This document shows positions 1 to 9,768 of a stretch of DNA of 64,000 nt, piece after piece. The position numbers and the translations under genes are program-made. A model generated the notes under the pieces. It did no database searches. It saw only the letters and a program-made list of their open reading frames with translations, and had not been told where the DNA came from. Location of the stretch: NCBI GenBank assembly GCA_963555995.3, contig OY821641.1:832001-896000 (forward strand), in the 5' to 3' direction. The DNA is from Vicinamibacteria bacterium (GTDB lineage Bacteria; Acidobacteriota; Vicinamibacteria; Marinacidobacterales; Marinacidobacteraceae). Each line of letters begins with the position of its first letter. Position 1 is the first letter of the stretch.

Positions 1-432
1 GAGGCGCGGAAACGCCCGCTTCCCGACGGGGCCGGGGCGGCGGTGGAGCGGTTGGGCGCGATCCTCCGGGTGCTGGAGGATCTGGAACTCGCCGGCCGGT
101 TCCGTTTCGACCTGGCCGAACTCCGGGGCTTCGACTACTACACGGGGCTCATCTTCGAGGTGCACGCTCCCGGGGCCGGGCAGGAGATCGGGGGAGGGGG
201 CCGCTACGACGACCTGCTCGCCAACTTCGGCGACCCGCGCCCCGCCGTCGGTTTCTCGCTCTCGGTGGACCGGATCGCCGGAATCCTGCCGGAATCTTCG
301 GATGCCGGGCAGGGCGCGACCGAATCCGTCGCCCGCGGACCCGATACCCGGAGCGGGCTGGCGGCGCGCTTCCGGGCCGCGCGGGCCGCCCGCGCCGGTG
401 GCTCCGCGGTCCGCTTCGAACCTCCGTCCTGA
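1..432 (+). CDS. hisZ: ATP phosphoribosyltransferase regulatory subunit HisZ, C-terminal part (5' end outside window)
   Basis: HisRS-like motifs [13 protein letters not shown] and [13 protein letters not shown]; lies directly upstream of a short-form hisG. Confidence 0.88.
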   Translation, partial: EARKRPLPDGAGAAVERLGAILRVLEDLELAGRFRFDLAELRGFDYYTGLIFEVHAPGAGQEIGGGGRYDDLLANFGDPRPAVGFSLSVDRIAGILPESSDAGQGATESVARGPDTRSGLAARFRAARAARAGGSAVRFEPPS

Positions 433-500
433 CCAAGCGCGGACCGCGCCCCCGGGCAGCCCGCGCGGCGGGCGCATCCCCCTAGAATCCCCGCTCACCC

Positions 501-1124
501 ATGGACCCCCCGCTCGTCGCCGCCCTCCCCACGGGGCGGCTGCTGCGGGCGGTGGCCGGGCTGCTCGGGCGCGCCGGAGTGCCTCTGCCCGAGGGGAGCG
601 CCGACCGCCGCCTGCGCCTCCGGGACGACGGGATGGAGGTGCTGTTCGCGAAGGACCGCGACGTCCCCATCTACGTCGAGCACGGGGTGGCCGACTTCGG
701 GGTGGTCGGCCGCGACATCCTGGAAGAAGCGCCCGCGCATATCTACGAGCCGCTCGACCTCGGGGTGGGCCGCTGCCGCATGGTGGTCGCCCGTCCGGCG
801 GCCCGGCCGCTTCCCGAGCCGCCGCTGCGGGTGGCGACGAAGTATCCGTCCGTTGCGGCCCGCCACTTCGGCGGGCGCGGCGCGCCCATCGAGCTGATCC
901 GGCTCTCCGGCGCCATCGAACTGGCCCCCGCGATGGATCTCGCCGACGCCGTGGTGGACCTGGTCGAGACCGGCGCGACGCTCCGGGACAACGGTCTGGT
1001 AGAAGAGGAGACGCTCTTCGAGAGCACCGCGCGGGTGGTGGTGAATCGCGCCTCCTTCCGGCTTCGCGGGTCGGCGCTCCAGGGGTGGCTCCGGCGTCTC
1101 GAAACCGCCACGGAGGGAGGATGA
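501..1124 (+). CDS. hisG: ATP phosphoribosyltransferase, short form
   Basis: 207 aa; motifs ALPTGRL, DVPIYVEHGVADFGVVG, RVATKYP, DLVETGATLRDNGL. Confidence 0.95.
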   Translation: MDPPLVAALPTGRLLRAVAGLLGRAGVPLPEGSADRRLRLRDDGMEVLFAKDRDVPIYVEHGVADFGVVGRDILEEAPAHIYEPLDLGVGRCRMVVARPAARPLPEPPLRVATKYPSVAARHFGGRGAPIELIRLSGAIELAPAMDLADAVVDLVETGATLRDNGLVEEETLFESTARVVVNRASFRLRGSALQGWLRRLETATEGG

Positions 1125-2500
1125 GCGGCGGGGACCCCCGGTCTCCCTTCGCGGTCCCGCTCTTCGAGGGCGCCGCCGCCTGGCGGGCCGATCCGCGGCG
1201 AGCCCGGTCGGGAGGAAACGGCGCCGGCGAGGGGGTTCGCGCCGCGACGGCGGCCATCGTCGAGCGCGTGCGGTGCGAAGGCGACGAGGCGCTCGTCGCC
1301 CTGGCGCAGCGGTTCGAAGCGCCCGATTTCGATGCCTCCCGGCTCCGGGTGTCCCGGGAGGAGCTCGTGAAGCGCGCGGGCGACGCCGGACCGGAGGAGC
1401 AGGCGCTGCTCCGGCGAACCAGGGACCGCATCGCCGCCTACCACGAACGCCAGCGGGAGATCTCGTTCCGGATGGACCTCGGAGACGGCTCGCGTCTCGA
1501 GTGGAGACCGCGCCCGATCGCGGCCGCCGGGGTGTATGTCCCGGGCGGGGCCGCCGTCTATCCGTCCACCGTGCTGATGACCACGGTCCCGGCCGCGGTC
1601 GCCGGGGTCCCGCGGATCGCGCTCGCGACACCTCCCGGCGCGCTCGAACGCAGCCCGGTGCTCGCGGCCGCGGTCCTCGCGGCCGGAGTCCACGAGGTGT
1701 ACCGCATCGGCGGCGCGCAGGCCATTGCCGCCTTCGCCTTCGGGACGGCTTCGGTCCGCCGGGTGGACAAGGTGGTGGGTCCGGGGAACGCCTACGTCGC
1801 CGAGGCCAAGCGCCAGCTCGGCCAGTTCATCGGAACGGATGCGTTCGCCGGCCCCTCCGAGGTCGTGGTGCTCGCCGACGAGACCGCCCGGGCGGACTGG
1901 GTGGCCGCCGATCTCCTTGCCCAGGCCGAGCACGGTTCCGGCGAGGAGCGGGCCATCCTGGTCACCACCTCGCGCGAACTCGGTCGTGCGGTGGTGTCCG
2001 AGCTCATCCGCCAGGCCGAAGGGCAGCCGAACGCGGAAACGATGGCCCGCGCGCTCGCCCGTCACGGAGCGGTGGTGGTCGCCCGGGATCTGGAGGAGGC
2101 GGTCGAGGTCGCGGAGGAGATCGCGCCCGAGCACCTCGAAGTGATGACCCGGGACCCCGAGGCGCTTGCCGGCCGCTTCCCGAGCGCGGGGGCGGTCCTG
2201 CTGGGCGACCACTCGCCGGTTGCGGCCGGGGACTACGGGGCCGGCCCCAATCACGTCCTGCCGACCGGCGGCGCCGCCCGCTTCGCCTCGCCGCTCTCGG
2301 TCGGCGATTTCCTCAAGCGGCAGAGCGTCCTCCGCTACGGGGAACGGACTCTCGCGTCGCTCCGGAAGGATTTCGAGCGCTTCGCCCGCATCGAGGGATT
2401 CGAGGCCCACGCCCGGTCCGTCGCCATCCGCTTCGAGGCGGAAGACGCCGGGCGAACCGCCCACTCCGACACCAGCGAACTCTCCGCCGAAGATCGTTGA
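1121..2500 (+). CDS. hisD: histidinol dehydrogenase
   Basis: GVYVPGG, GGAQAIAA, KVVGPGN, AGPSEV, AQAEH, PEHLE, GPNHVLPT; ATG 1121 overlaps the hisG stop (ATGA) and follows GGAGGGAGG. Confidence 0.95.
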   Translation: MSGGDPRSPFAVPLFEGAAAWRADPRRARSGGNGAGEGVRAATAAIVERVRCEGDEALVALAQRFEAPDFDASRLRVSREELVKRAGDAGPEEQALLRRTRDRIAAYHERQREISFRMDLGDGSRLEWRPRPIAAAGVYVPGGAAVYPSTVLMTTVPAAVAGVPRIALATPPGALERSPVLAAAVLAAGVHEVYRIGGAQAIAAFAFGTASVRRVDKVVGPGNAYVAEAKRQLGQFIGTDAFAGPSEVVVLADETARADWVAADLLAQAEHGSGEERAILVTTSRELGRAVVSELIRQAEGQPNAETMARALARHGAVVVARDLEEAVEVAEEIAPEHLEVMTRDPEALAGRFPSAGAVLLGDHSPVAAGDYGAGPNHVLPTGGAARFASPLSVGDFLKRQSVLRYGERTLASLRKDFERFARIEGFEAHARSVAIRFEAEDAGRTAHSDTSELSAEDR

Positions 2501-2525
2501 CCGCCCGTTTGGTTAGATTGCCCGC

Positions 2526-3653
2526 ATGAAACCCGTTCCGCTCGACGCGATCCGACCCGAGGTGCTCGAACTCGCCCCCGACATCGGCTCCCGTCCGGAT
2601 GTCCCGATCTACCTCGACTGGAACGAGAGCCGCTGGCCGCTCCCCGAAGGCGTCCTCGGCGGGATGGCGGACGCGATCGCCGGCACCGACGCCCGGCCGT
2701 ACCCGGATCGGGGCTACCCGGCCGTCCGCGAGGCCATCGCCCGGCTCGCCGGCTGGACCCCCGACGGCGTGGCCTTCGGAAACGGCGGGGACGACATGCT
2801 CGAGTTGACCGGGCTCGCCACCACCGGCGCCGGGCGGCGCGCGCTCTATCCGTCTCCCGGTTTCTCCATGTACCCCTGGGCGGTCCGGCTCGCGGGCGGC
2901 GAACCGTCTCCGGTGTCCCTCTGCGACGACCTCTCCTACGACGTCCCGGAGTTCCTGCGGCGGATCGAGGCCGAGCGGCCATCGCTCGTCTTCATCACGA
3001 ATCCGCACAACCCGACGGGACAACTGCTGCCTCTGGGCGCGCTGCGCGAGCTGGCCGCGGCGGCGCCGGGCTTCCTGCTGGTGGACGAGGCATACCACGA
3101 GTTCAGCGGCCAGACCGCCCGGCCGCTTCTCGACGAGTTCGGAAACGTCATCCTGCTCCGGACGTTCTCGAAGGCGATGGCGATGGCGGGGGCCCGTCTC
3201 GGATACCTGCTCGGCGCTCCGGAGGCGATCTCGGGTTTCCGCCGGGCGCAGCCGCCGTTCCCCGTCGGGGTCTATACCTGCCGGGCGGCGGCCGCGGTCA
3301 TGCGGCAGCGGGAGGCGCTGCTGGAAATGACCGCCAGGATCACCGCGGAGCGCGAGTCGCTGGCGGTCCGGCTCGCCGCGGTGCCGGACGTTTCCGTCTG
3401 GCCGTCGCACACGAACTTCCTTCTCTTCCGGACGCCGATGGAGAGCACGGTGCTGGCCCGCCGGCTCCTCGACCGGGGCGTCGCGCTGCGCGACTTCTCC
3501 CGCCACCCGCTGCTCCGGGAAACGCTCCGCGTGACCGTCGGAACCCCCGAAGAGAACGTGGTCTTCCTGGACGCGCTCGCCGATTCCCTCGCGTCCGCCG
3601 TCGAGGACTCGGAACTCCAGGTCGCGGGAATGCCGGAGTCTCCGGTCGCATGA
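2526..3653 (+). CDS. hisC: histidinol-phosphate aminotransferase
   Basis: NPHNPTG, VDEAY, RTFSKA..G.RLGY PLP-lysine motif; his cluster context. Confidence 0.93.
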   Translation: MKPVPLDAIRPEVLELAPDIGSRPDVPIYLDWNESRWPLPEGVLGGMADAIAGTDARPYPDRGYPAVREAIARLAGWTPDGVAFGNGGDDMLELTGLATTGAGRRALYPSPGFSMYPWAVRLAGGEPSPVSLCDDLSYDVPEFLRRIEAERPSLVFITNPHNPTGQLLPLGALRELAAAAPGFLLVDEAYHEFSGQTARPLLDEFGNVILLRTFSKAMAMAGARLGYLLGAPEAISGFRRAQPPFPVGVYTCRAAAAVMRQREALLEMTARITAERESLAVRLAAVPDVSVWPSHTNFLLFRTPMESTVLARRLLDRGVALRDFSRHPLLRETLRVTVGTPEENVVFLDALADSLASAVEDSELQVAGMPESPVA

Positions 3654-4273
3654 GTGTCTCCGCCCCGGCGGGGGTTCCGGCGCGGCGCCGGCAGGCCTCC
3701 CGTCTCCGGGAAACGCGCGAGACACGGGTCCGGGTCGCCCTCGACCTCGATCCGCCGGCGCCATCCGCGGAGATCTCCACCGGCATCGGCTTCTTCGATC
3801 ACATGCTCGAGGCCTTTGCGCGCCATGCCGGGATCTCCCTGACCGTGGAGGCCGAGGGGGACCTGCACGTGGACGCCCACCACACGATGGAGGACGTGGG
3901 TTTGACCCTGGGCGAGTGCCTTGCGGACGCGCTCGGCGATCTCAAGGGAGTACGCCGCTTCGGCGCCGCCCACGTTCCCCTGGACGAGGCGCTCTCGCGG
4001 GTGGTGGTGGATCTCTGCGGGCGGCCGTTCCTGGGCTGGCGGGTGGCGTTTCTCGCCGAACGGGTCGGAGAGACGCCCACCGAACTCTTCGAGGACTTCT
4101 TCCGCGCCCTGACCGACCGGGGGCGGCTCACGGTACACGTGGACGGGCTCACCGGCCGGAACGCCCATCACGTGGCCGAAACGGTCTTCAAGGCCTTCGC
4201 TCGGGCCTTCGCCGAGGCGAAGGACGTGGTGGGCGGCGCCGTTCCCTCGACCAAGGGCACCCTGTCCGCGTAG
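3650..4273 (+). CDS. hisB: imidazoleglycerol-phosphate dehydratase
   Basis: TGIGFFDHML, DAHHTMED, NAHHVAE..FKA, PSTKG. Confidence 0.96.
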   Translation: MSVSAPAGVPARRRQASRLRETRETRVRVALDLDPPAPSAEISTGIGFFDHMLEAFARHAGISLTVEAEGDLHVDAHHTMEDVGLTLGECLADALGDLKGVRRFGAAHVPLDEALSRVVVDLCGRPFLGWRVAFLAERVGETPTELFEDFFRALTDRGRLTVHVDGLTGRNAHHVAETVFKAFARAFAEAKDVVGGAVPSTKGTLSA

Positions 4274-4279
4274 CGGCCC

Positions 4280-4906
4280 GTGAGCGCCGAAGCGGTCGTG
4301 GTCGTTGATCACGGCGCCGGGAACCTCGCCAGCGTGGTCCGCGCCCTCCGGAGGCAGGGGGCCGAAGCGGAACTCACCTCCGATCCCGGGCGCATCGCCG
4401 CCGCGAAGCGGCTGGTCCTGCCGGGGGACGGACACTTCGGCGAAGCGATGCGGGCGCTCCGGGAGCGCGGGCTGGAAGCGCCGCTCGGGAGCGCGCTCGA
4501 TTCGGGAGCCTGGCTGCTCGGAATCTGTGTCGGACTGCAGATGCTCTTCAAGGGAAGCGATGAGGCGCCCGGAGTTCACGGCCTCGGCCTGCTGCCGGGA
4601 CGTGTCCGCCGTTTCGGCGGCCGGCTCCGCGTGCCCCACATCGGCTGGAACCAACTCGAAGGGTTCGGCGAGGCCTCCCTGTTTCGCGGCATCCCCGAGG
4701 GCGGCTACGCCTATTTCCTCCATTCGTTCTACGTGGACCCCGCGGAGGGGCGCCACTGGCTGGCCACCACCGAATACGGCGTCCGGTTCGCGTCGGCGGC
4801 GGGAAACGGCCGCGTCTTCGGGATCCAGTTCCACCCCGAAAAGAGCGGGCGCCTCGGCGCCCGGGTGCTCTCCAACTTTCTGGCGCTCGGCGGGCAGGAG
4901 AACTGA
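4280..4906 (+). CDS. hisH: imidazole glycerol phosphate synthase, glutamine amidotransferase subunit
   Basis: GICVGLQ, PHIGWN, QFHPEKS. Confidence 0.96.
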   Translation: MSAEAVVVVDHGAGNLASVVRALRRQGAEAELTSDPGRIAAAKRLVLPGDGHFGEAMRALRERGLEAPLGSALDSGAWLLGICVGLQMLFKGSDEAPGVHGLGLLPGRVRRFGGRLRVPHIGWNQLEGFGEASLFRGIPEGGYAYFLHSFYVDPAEGRHWLATTEYGVRFASAAGNGRVFGIQFHPEKSGRLGARVLSNFLALGGQEN

Positions 4907-4909
4907 ACC

Positions 4910-5701
4910 TTGTCCTCCGGGGCGCTCGAACCCATTCCCGCGGTGGATCTCTCCGGAGGGCGGGTCGTGCGCCTGCTCCGGGGGGTGCGGGAGCGCGAGA
5001 CGGTGTACGGCGACGATCCACTCCGGACGGCGAGCGGTTTCGCCGCCGCCGGGGCGCGCTGGCTGCACGTGGTGGACCTCGACGCCGCCTTCGGCGACGG
5101 TGGCAACCGGGAGACGATCCTGCGGCTCCTCGGCGAGTCGCGGCTCCGGGTGCAGGTCGCCGGCGGCGTCCGGACGGTCGAGTCCTACGCGGCGCTCCGG
5201 GAGGCGGGCGCCGCCCGGGTCGTGTTCGGAACCGTCGCCGTCGAAGACCCCCGGGTGGTGGAAGCGGCCATCCGGATGGACGCCGCCGGAGTCGCGGTGG
5301 CGCTCGACGTGCGCGGCGGCCGGCTGCAGACCCGGGGTTGGGTCGAACCGGACCCCGGCGGCGCCCCCCGGACCGGGACGTCGCCGGAAGCCGCGGCGCG
5401 TCACTGGGGCGAGCGTGGCGCCTCGGCCATCGTGTACACGAGCGTCGAGCGCGACGGCACGATGGAAGGGCCGGACGCGGAGGCCGCCCTGCGGGTAGCC
5501 GCCGCCTCCGGACTGCCGACGGTGGTGGCGGGCGGCGTCGGGGCGCTCTCGCATCTGCGGGCGGTGCGCGCCGCCGCCCGGGAGCATGAGATCACGCCCG
5601 GCAGCGGTTCCGCGCCGGGCCGCCTCGCGGGCGTCATTCTGGGACGGGCGCTCTACGAGGGGCGTTTCACGCTCCCCGAGGCCCAACGGGCGCTCGCCTA
5701 G
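4910..5701 (+). CDS. hisA: ProFAR isomerase
   Basis: [39 protein letters not shown]. Confidence 0.94.
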   Translation: MSSGALEPIPAVDLSGGRVVRLLRGVRERETVYGDDPLRTASGFAAAGARWLHVVDLDAAFGDGGNRETILRLLGESRLRVQVAGGVRTVESYAALREAGAARVVFGTVAVEDPRVVEAAIRMDAAGVAVALDVRGGRLQTRGWVEPDPGGAPRTGTSPEAAARHWGERGASAIVYTSVERDGTMEGPDAEAALRVAAASGLPTVVAGGVGALSHLRAVRAAAREHEITPGSGSAPGRLAGVILGRALYEGRFTLPEAQRALA

Positions 5702-5727
5702 CCGGGTACGTGCGGGTCGGCTTGGCG

Positions 5728-6372
5728 TCAGGAAACCGGGGCGGGGAAACGGCGGGTGATCTCCGCCGCCACCTCCCGCCCGTCGATCCCGAGGTCCTCC
5801 AGCAGGACGAGCAGGTGGTAGAGGAGATCCACCGACTCGTTCACGACCTCGCCGGCTGACCCGGAGACGGCGGCGAGCGAGACCTCGACGGCTTCCTCAC
5901 CCACCTTCTGGGCGATGCGCGGGGTGCCCGCCTGGAGCAGGGCCGCCGTGTAGGAGCCCTCGGGACGGCTCGCCGCGCGTTCCCGGACGATCCCGACGAG
6001 CGCGCTCAACGCGGGTCCGAGCTCCGGGGCGGGCACGGGTTCCGGAGCTTCTCCTTCCTCCGTCACCGGCTCGAAGAAACACGACGTCCGGCCCGTGTGG
6101 CAGGCCGGACCGGTGGGGTCGGCCTGGACCAGGAGGACGTCGCCGTCACAATCGGCGGTCAGCGAACGGAGGTGGAGCTCGTTGCCCGAGGTTTCGCCTT
6201 TCTTCCAGAGGGTCCGGCGGCTCCGCGACCAGAAATGAACCCGCCTGGTCTCGATCGTCCGGGACAGGGCCTCTTCGTTCATCCAGGCGAGCATGAGGAC
6301 CCGGCCGCTCACCGCGTCCTGGACCACGGCGGGGACCAGGCCGGCCTCGTTCCACTGGATCTTGGGCTTCAT
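5728..6372 (-). CDS. hisIE: bifunctional phosphoribosyl-AMP cyclohydrolase / phosphoribosyl-ATP pyrophosphatase
   Basis: [40 protein letters not shown]; ATG 6372 overlaps the hisF stop. Confidence 0.95.
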   Translation of the reverse strand: MKPKIQWNEAGLVPAVVQDAVSGRVLMLAWMNEEALSRTIETRRVHFWSRSRRTLWKKGETSGNELHLRSLTADCDGDVLLVQADPTGPACHTGRTSCFFEPVTEEGEAPEPVPAPELGPALSALVGIVRERAASRPEGSYTAALLQAGTPRIAQKVGEEAVEVSLAAVSGSAGEVVNESVDLLYHLLVLLEDLGIDGREVAAEITRRFPAPVS

Positions 6373-7172
6373 GGAACGACGGCGCGTTCGGGAACGCCGA
6401 AGAAATCGGCCTCCGGCGGACGGACCGGGATCCCCCGCCCGGCGAGGAAACGCTTGACCTCGGCGACCGGGTGGATGCCGCGATGGAAGATGGACGCGGC
6501 GAGCGCCGCGCTCGCGCCGGTTGCTTCGAAGACCTCCGCCAGGTGCGAGGGGCGGCCGGCGCCCCCGGAGGCGATCAGCGGCACGGAAACGGCCTCGGCC
6601 GCTTCCCGGAGCTGCTCGATGTCGTAGCCGTCCGCGGTTCCGTCCCGGTCCATGCTGGTGAGCAGGATCTCCCCGGCGCCGAGGTCCTCGCCGCGCCGGA
6701 GCCACTCGATGGCGTCGCGTCCGGTGGGTGTCCGTCCTCCCGCCACCACCACCTCGAACCCGCCGCCCGGAACGCGGCGGGCATCCACCGCGAGCACCAG
6801 GCATTGCGACCCGAACCGGCGGCTGCACTTGGCGAGGAGTTCCGGCCGCTCGACCGCGGCGCTGTTCATGGAGACCTTGTCGGCGCCGGCCCGCAGCAGG
6901 TTGTCCATGTCGGCGACCGAGCGCACCCCGCCTCCGACCGTGAAGGGGATCGTGAGGGCTTCCGCCACCCGCCGCACGGTGCCGAGTGCCGTCCCGCGCG
7001 CTTCCCAGGTGGCGGTGATGTCGAGGAGACACAGCTCGTCCGCTTCGGCGGCGTCATACGCCACGGCGCATTCCACCGGATCTCCCTCGTCGGTGAGGTT
7101 CCGGAAGCGCACGCCCTTGACCACCCGGCCGTTCTTCACGTCGAGACAGGGAATGATCCGGCGGGCAAGCAC
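6369..7172 (-). CDS. hisF: imidazole glycerol phosphate synthase, cyclase subunit
   Basis: [41 protein letters not shown]. Confidence 0.97.
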   Translation of the reverse strand: MLARRIIPCLDVKNGRVVKGVRFRNLTDEGDPVECAVAYDAAEADELCLLDITATWEARGTALGTVRRVAEALTIPFTVGGGVRSVADMDNLLRAGADKVSMNSAAVERPELLAKCSRRFGSQCLVLAVDARRVPGGGFEVVVAGGRTPTGRDAIEWLRRGEDLGAGEILLTSMDRDGTADGYDIEQLREAAEAVSVPLIASGGAGRPSHLAEVFEATGASAALAASIFHRGIHPVAEVKRFLAGRGIPVRPPEADFFGVPERAVVP

Positions 7173-7224
7173 CGCGCGATTCTAGGCCCGGTGAGACCAA
7201 CGGGGCCCGCCTAGACTTCCCGGA
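7172..7224. promoter_or_regulatory. back-to-back putative -10 elements for leaderless hisF and the Fic-like gene
   Basis: TAGAAT (minus, 7184-7179) is 6 nt before GTG 7172; TAGACT (7212-7217) is 6 nt before ATG 7224; no SD sequence before either start. Confidence 0.55.
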
Positions 7225-7973
7225 TGAGCGACGCGCTGCCGCTTCATCCGGGCGCGGGCGCCCCGCGTCCGCAGGGGCCCGGACAGGAAATCCGCGCGCG
7301 GCGCGACCGGATTCGGGAACAGGCAGGGAGCGAACGGTGGCGCTCCGGCCGGCAGACGCTGGTGGTGGAGGCGGCCCGGGCGACGCTGCAACTGACGGGG
7401 ACGGCCCTCACCGAGGAGGAGATTCAGGCGGCGCGCCGGGGGGCGCCCACCCCCACGTTCGGTCCTGCGCTCGGGGCCCTTGGTCTGATCGGAAACGCCG
7501 CCGCCGAACGCGACCCCGGCGTGGAGCTGATCGGTGAGGTTCACGCGGTCTCCGGCGGCCTCACCGGAGCGAGCCCCTTCCGCACCATCCAGATCGAGCC
7601 GCAGTTTCAGGGGGCTGGCCTTTCGCCTCCCCAGACCGTGGCGTTCCGGCTCGGCAACCTCCTGGAGTGGGTTTCCGGCGCCAGCGGGCGCGATCTCGAA
7701 ACCGCGCCGCGCGCAGCGCTCTTCTTTGCCCGTTTCCTCGAGATCTCACCCTTCGAGCGCGCGAACTTCCGCGTGGCGCACCTGATGCTCACCTTCTTTG
7801 CCCTCGCCGACGACCAACCGCCGGTCTGGTTCGAGGTGGAGGATGCGCCCGGCATCCGGGAAGACGTCTCGCGCGCCTTCCGCTTCGATACCGCGCCGCT
7901 GACGGAGCGCATCGAACGGTCCCTCCACCGCTCCCTGGACCTGATCGCCGGTCCGGGCGCGGTTTCCCGGTAA
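7224..7973 (+). CDS. Fic/Fido-domain-like protein with a degenerate active site
   Basis: EISPFERANFRVAHL sits where HPFxDGNGRxxR is expected; N-terminal LTGTALTEEEI and FRT..I segments resemble Fic proteins. Confidence 0.65.
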   Translation: MSDALPLHPGAGAPRPQGPGQEIRARRDRIREQAGSERWRSGRQTLVVEAARATLQLTGTALTEEEIQAARRGAPTPTFGPALGALGLIGNAAAERDPGVELIGEVHAVSGGLTGASPFRTIQIEPQFQGAGLSPPQTVAFRLGNLLEWVSGASGRDLETAPRAALFFARFLEISPFERANFRVAHLMLTFFALADDQPPVWFEVEDAPGIREDVSRAFRFDTAPLTERIERSLHRSLDLIAGPGAVSR

Positions 7974-8011
7974 CTACGGGGTATTCCCGGAGAGGGAGCC
8001 ATCACGCGGAT

Positions 8012-8072
8012 CAGCGCCGCGCCGTGCGCAGCGCTCCGCGCAGCGCGTGCCGGTCTGAAGACCGGCGCTCCC
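8012..8072. repeat. REP-like palindrome (GCCGGTCT-GA-AGACCGGC-GCTCCC, 8049-8072) with GC-rich flank
   Basis: same core recurs near 17307, 39241, 55200, 58088, 58236, 62189 and 62327. Confidence 0.8.
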
Positions 8073-8143
8073 GAGGCCCGCTACAATCCGAAACATCGGG
8101 TGATCGAGGGTGCCGCTCCACCGGCGCCGGCCCGGTGTCCGGA

Positions 8144-8419
8144 ATGATCCCGCCGTTCGGCTCTCTCGGCTCCCTTGCTTCCTGGGCCATGCTCCAGCAG
8201 CGGCAGGTGGTCGAGTACGTCACGCTCCCGAGCGAGGAACCGGAGCGCGGGATCCTGACGCTCATCCTGGAATCCTTCGCCCTCGCCGGAACGCTTCTCC
8301 TGGGTACCGTGCTGATCGGGCTCGGCGTGGGGCTCTTTCGCGTCTGGCTGCTGCGCCGGTATCCGGAGAACAGCTTCAACGGAAGCGGACGGGACATCCC
8401 CCGGCTCGATCTCAGTTGA
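8144..8419 (+). CDS. small single-pass membrane protein (hypothetical)
   Basis: 3' part of ORF 7667-8419 has a clear hydrophobic helix (ILTLILESFALAGTLLLGTVLIGLGVGLF); TACAAT upstream; start could be ATG 8144 or 8189. Confidence 0.65.
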   Translation: MIPPFGSLGSLASWAMLQQRQVVEYVTLPSEEPERGILTLILESFALAGTLLLGTVLIGLGVGLFRVWLLRRYPENSFNGSGRDIPRLDLS

Positions 8420-8850
8420 GTCCGGCGGAAGCCCCCCCGTCGGCCGTCAACCGCCGCTTTCCGGACGGCGTTCCCGTGGCCATCTATGACGGGGGTTGAG
8501 GGTTCTGCACCCGCGCCGCGGTCGCGGCGGCCCGCTTCGCGGAAGACCGGCCGGTCCGTTTCGCCGCGCATCAGGAGCTGACCGACGACCAGTTGCGGCA
8601 ACTGGGCGTCTCGCGCGCCGCCTGCGAGAAGCGGGTTCGTTTCCGGGACGCCCGCGGCAGGTTTCACGGCGGCGCCTTCGCGGTCAACCGGTTCATCCTG
8701 CACGCCGCCCCGCCCGGCTGGACCGGCCTTCCGGCCCGCTTCCTGGTGATGGCCGCCTATGTTCTTCCCCCTCTCCTGCTGGCCGAACTCGCCGCGTACG
8801 AGATCGTCGCCCGCAACCGAAACTGCCGTCTCTTCAATCCGGGCCGCTAA
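8416..8850 (+). CDS. DCC1/DUF393-family thiol-disulfide oxidoreductase with in-frame UGA at 8497-8499; probable selenoprotein (UxxC)
   Basis: reads ..VAIYDGG*GFCTR..HGGAFAVN..YEIVARNR; ORFs 8110-8499 and 8593-8850 share one frame; the UGA takes the place of the first Cys of DxxCxxC; TTG start overlaps the upstream stop (TTGA). Confidence 0.8.
8514..8529 (+). promoter_or_regulatory. putative bacterial SECIS hairpin
   Basis: CGCCGC-GGUC-GCGGCG; 6-bp stem, loop at +21..+24 after the UGA. Confidence 0.6.
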
Positions 8851-8890
8851 CCGCTATCCTGCAACACCGGTACGTCCGAGGAGGATTCCC

Positions 8891-9763
8891 GTGTCCAGAA
8901 CCCTTTTCCTGACCCTCATCGCTGTCTTGTTCCTGCTCGGTTGCGGGGCCCCACCTGTCGAGGAGCCCATGCAGCCCGCTGCGGTCGCCGTGGACGACCA
9001 GCCGGCCGGCGAGTACGTCCGGTTCGCGGATGCCGCGGGCGCGGCGGCGTGGGGGCGGATCGAGGGCGACGAGATCGCCGTGCTCCACGCCGCGCCCTGG
9101 GCGGGCGGGGCGCCCACCGGAGACCGGGTGGCGCGCGACGGAGCGAGGCTCCTGGCGCCGGCCGACCCCGGCAAGGTCATCGCCATCGGCCTCAACTACG
9201 CCTCACACCTGGGCGGGCGCGAACCGGCGCCCTATCCCGGGGTTTTCGCCAAACTGCCGGGCAGCATCGTCGGCCCGGGCGACGCCATCGAGATGACCGA
9301 AGACGCCGGCAACGTCCACTACGAGGGCGAACTGGTGCTGGTGATCGGGAAAGAAGCCCGGGACGTCCCCGTGGAGCAGGCGCAGGACTACATCTTCGGC
9401 GTGACGGCCGGGAATGACGTGAGCGAGCGCGACTGGCAGGGCGCCGATCTCCAGTGGTTCCGCGCCAAGGCGTCGGACACCTACGGCCCTATCGGCCCGG
9501 TGATCTCGCGCGGCGTCAACTACGACGATCTCGAACTCACCACCCGGCTGAACGGGGAGGTCGTCCAGCAGCAGCGGACCAGCGACCTGATCTTCGACAC
9601 GAGCACCATCGTGAGCTACCTGAGCCGCTACGTGGCCCTGATGCCCGGGGACGTGATCTTCACCGGGACCCCCGGCACCACCCAGGCGATGAACGAAGGG
9701 GACATGGTTTCCGTCGAGGTCGAGACGGCCGGCGTCCTCGAGAACCCGGTCGCCCGGCGTTGA
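8891..9763 (+). CDS. fumarylacetoacetate hydrolase (FAH) family protein with lipoprotein signal
   Basis: KVIAIGLNY, HYEGEL, GNDVSERD, AKASDT, GDVIFTGTP; GTG start after GAGGAGG; N-terminal hydrophobic stretch ends in LLGC. Confidence 0.9.
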   Translation: MSRTLFLTLIAVLFLLGCGAPPVEEPMQPAAVAVDDQPAGEYVRFADAAGAAAWGRIEGDEIAVLHAAPWAGGAPTGDRVARDGARLLAPADPGKVIAIGLNYASHLGGREPAPYPGVFAKLPGSIVGPGDAIEMTEDAGNVHYEGELVLVIGKEARDVPVEQAQDYIFGVTAGNDVSERDWQGADLQWFRAKASDTYGPIGPVISRGVNYDDLELTTRLNGEVVQQQRTSDLIFDTSTIVSYLSRYVALMPGDVIFTGTPGTTQAMNEGDMVSVEVETAGVLENPVARR

Positions 9764-9768
9764 CCCGC

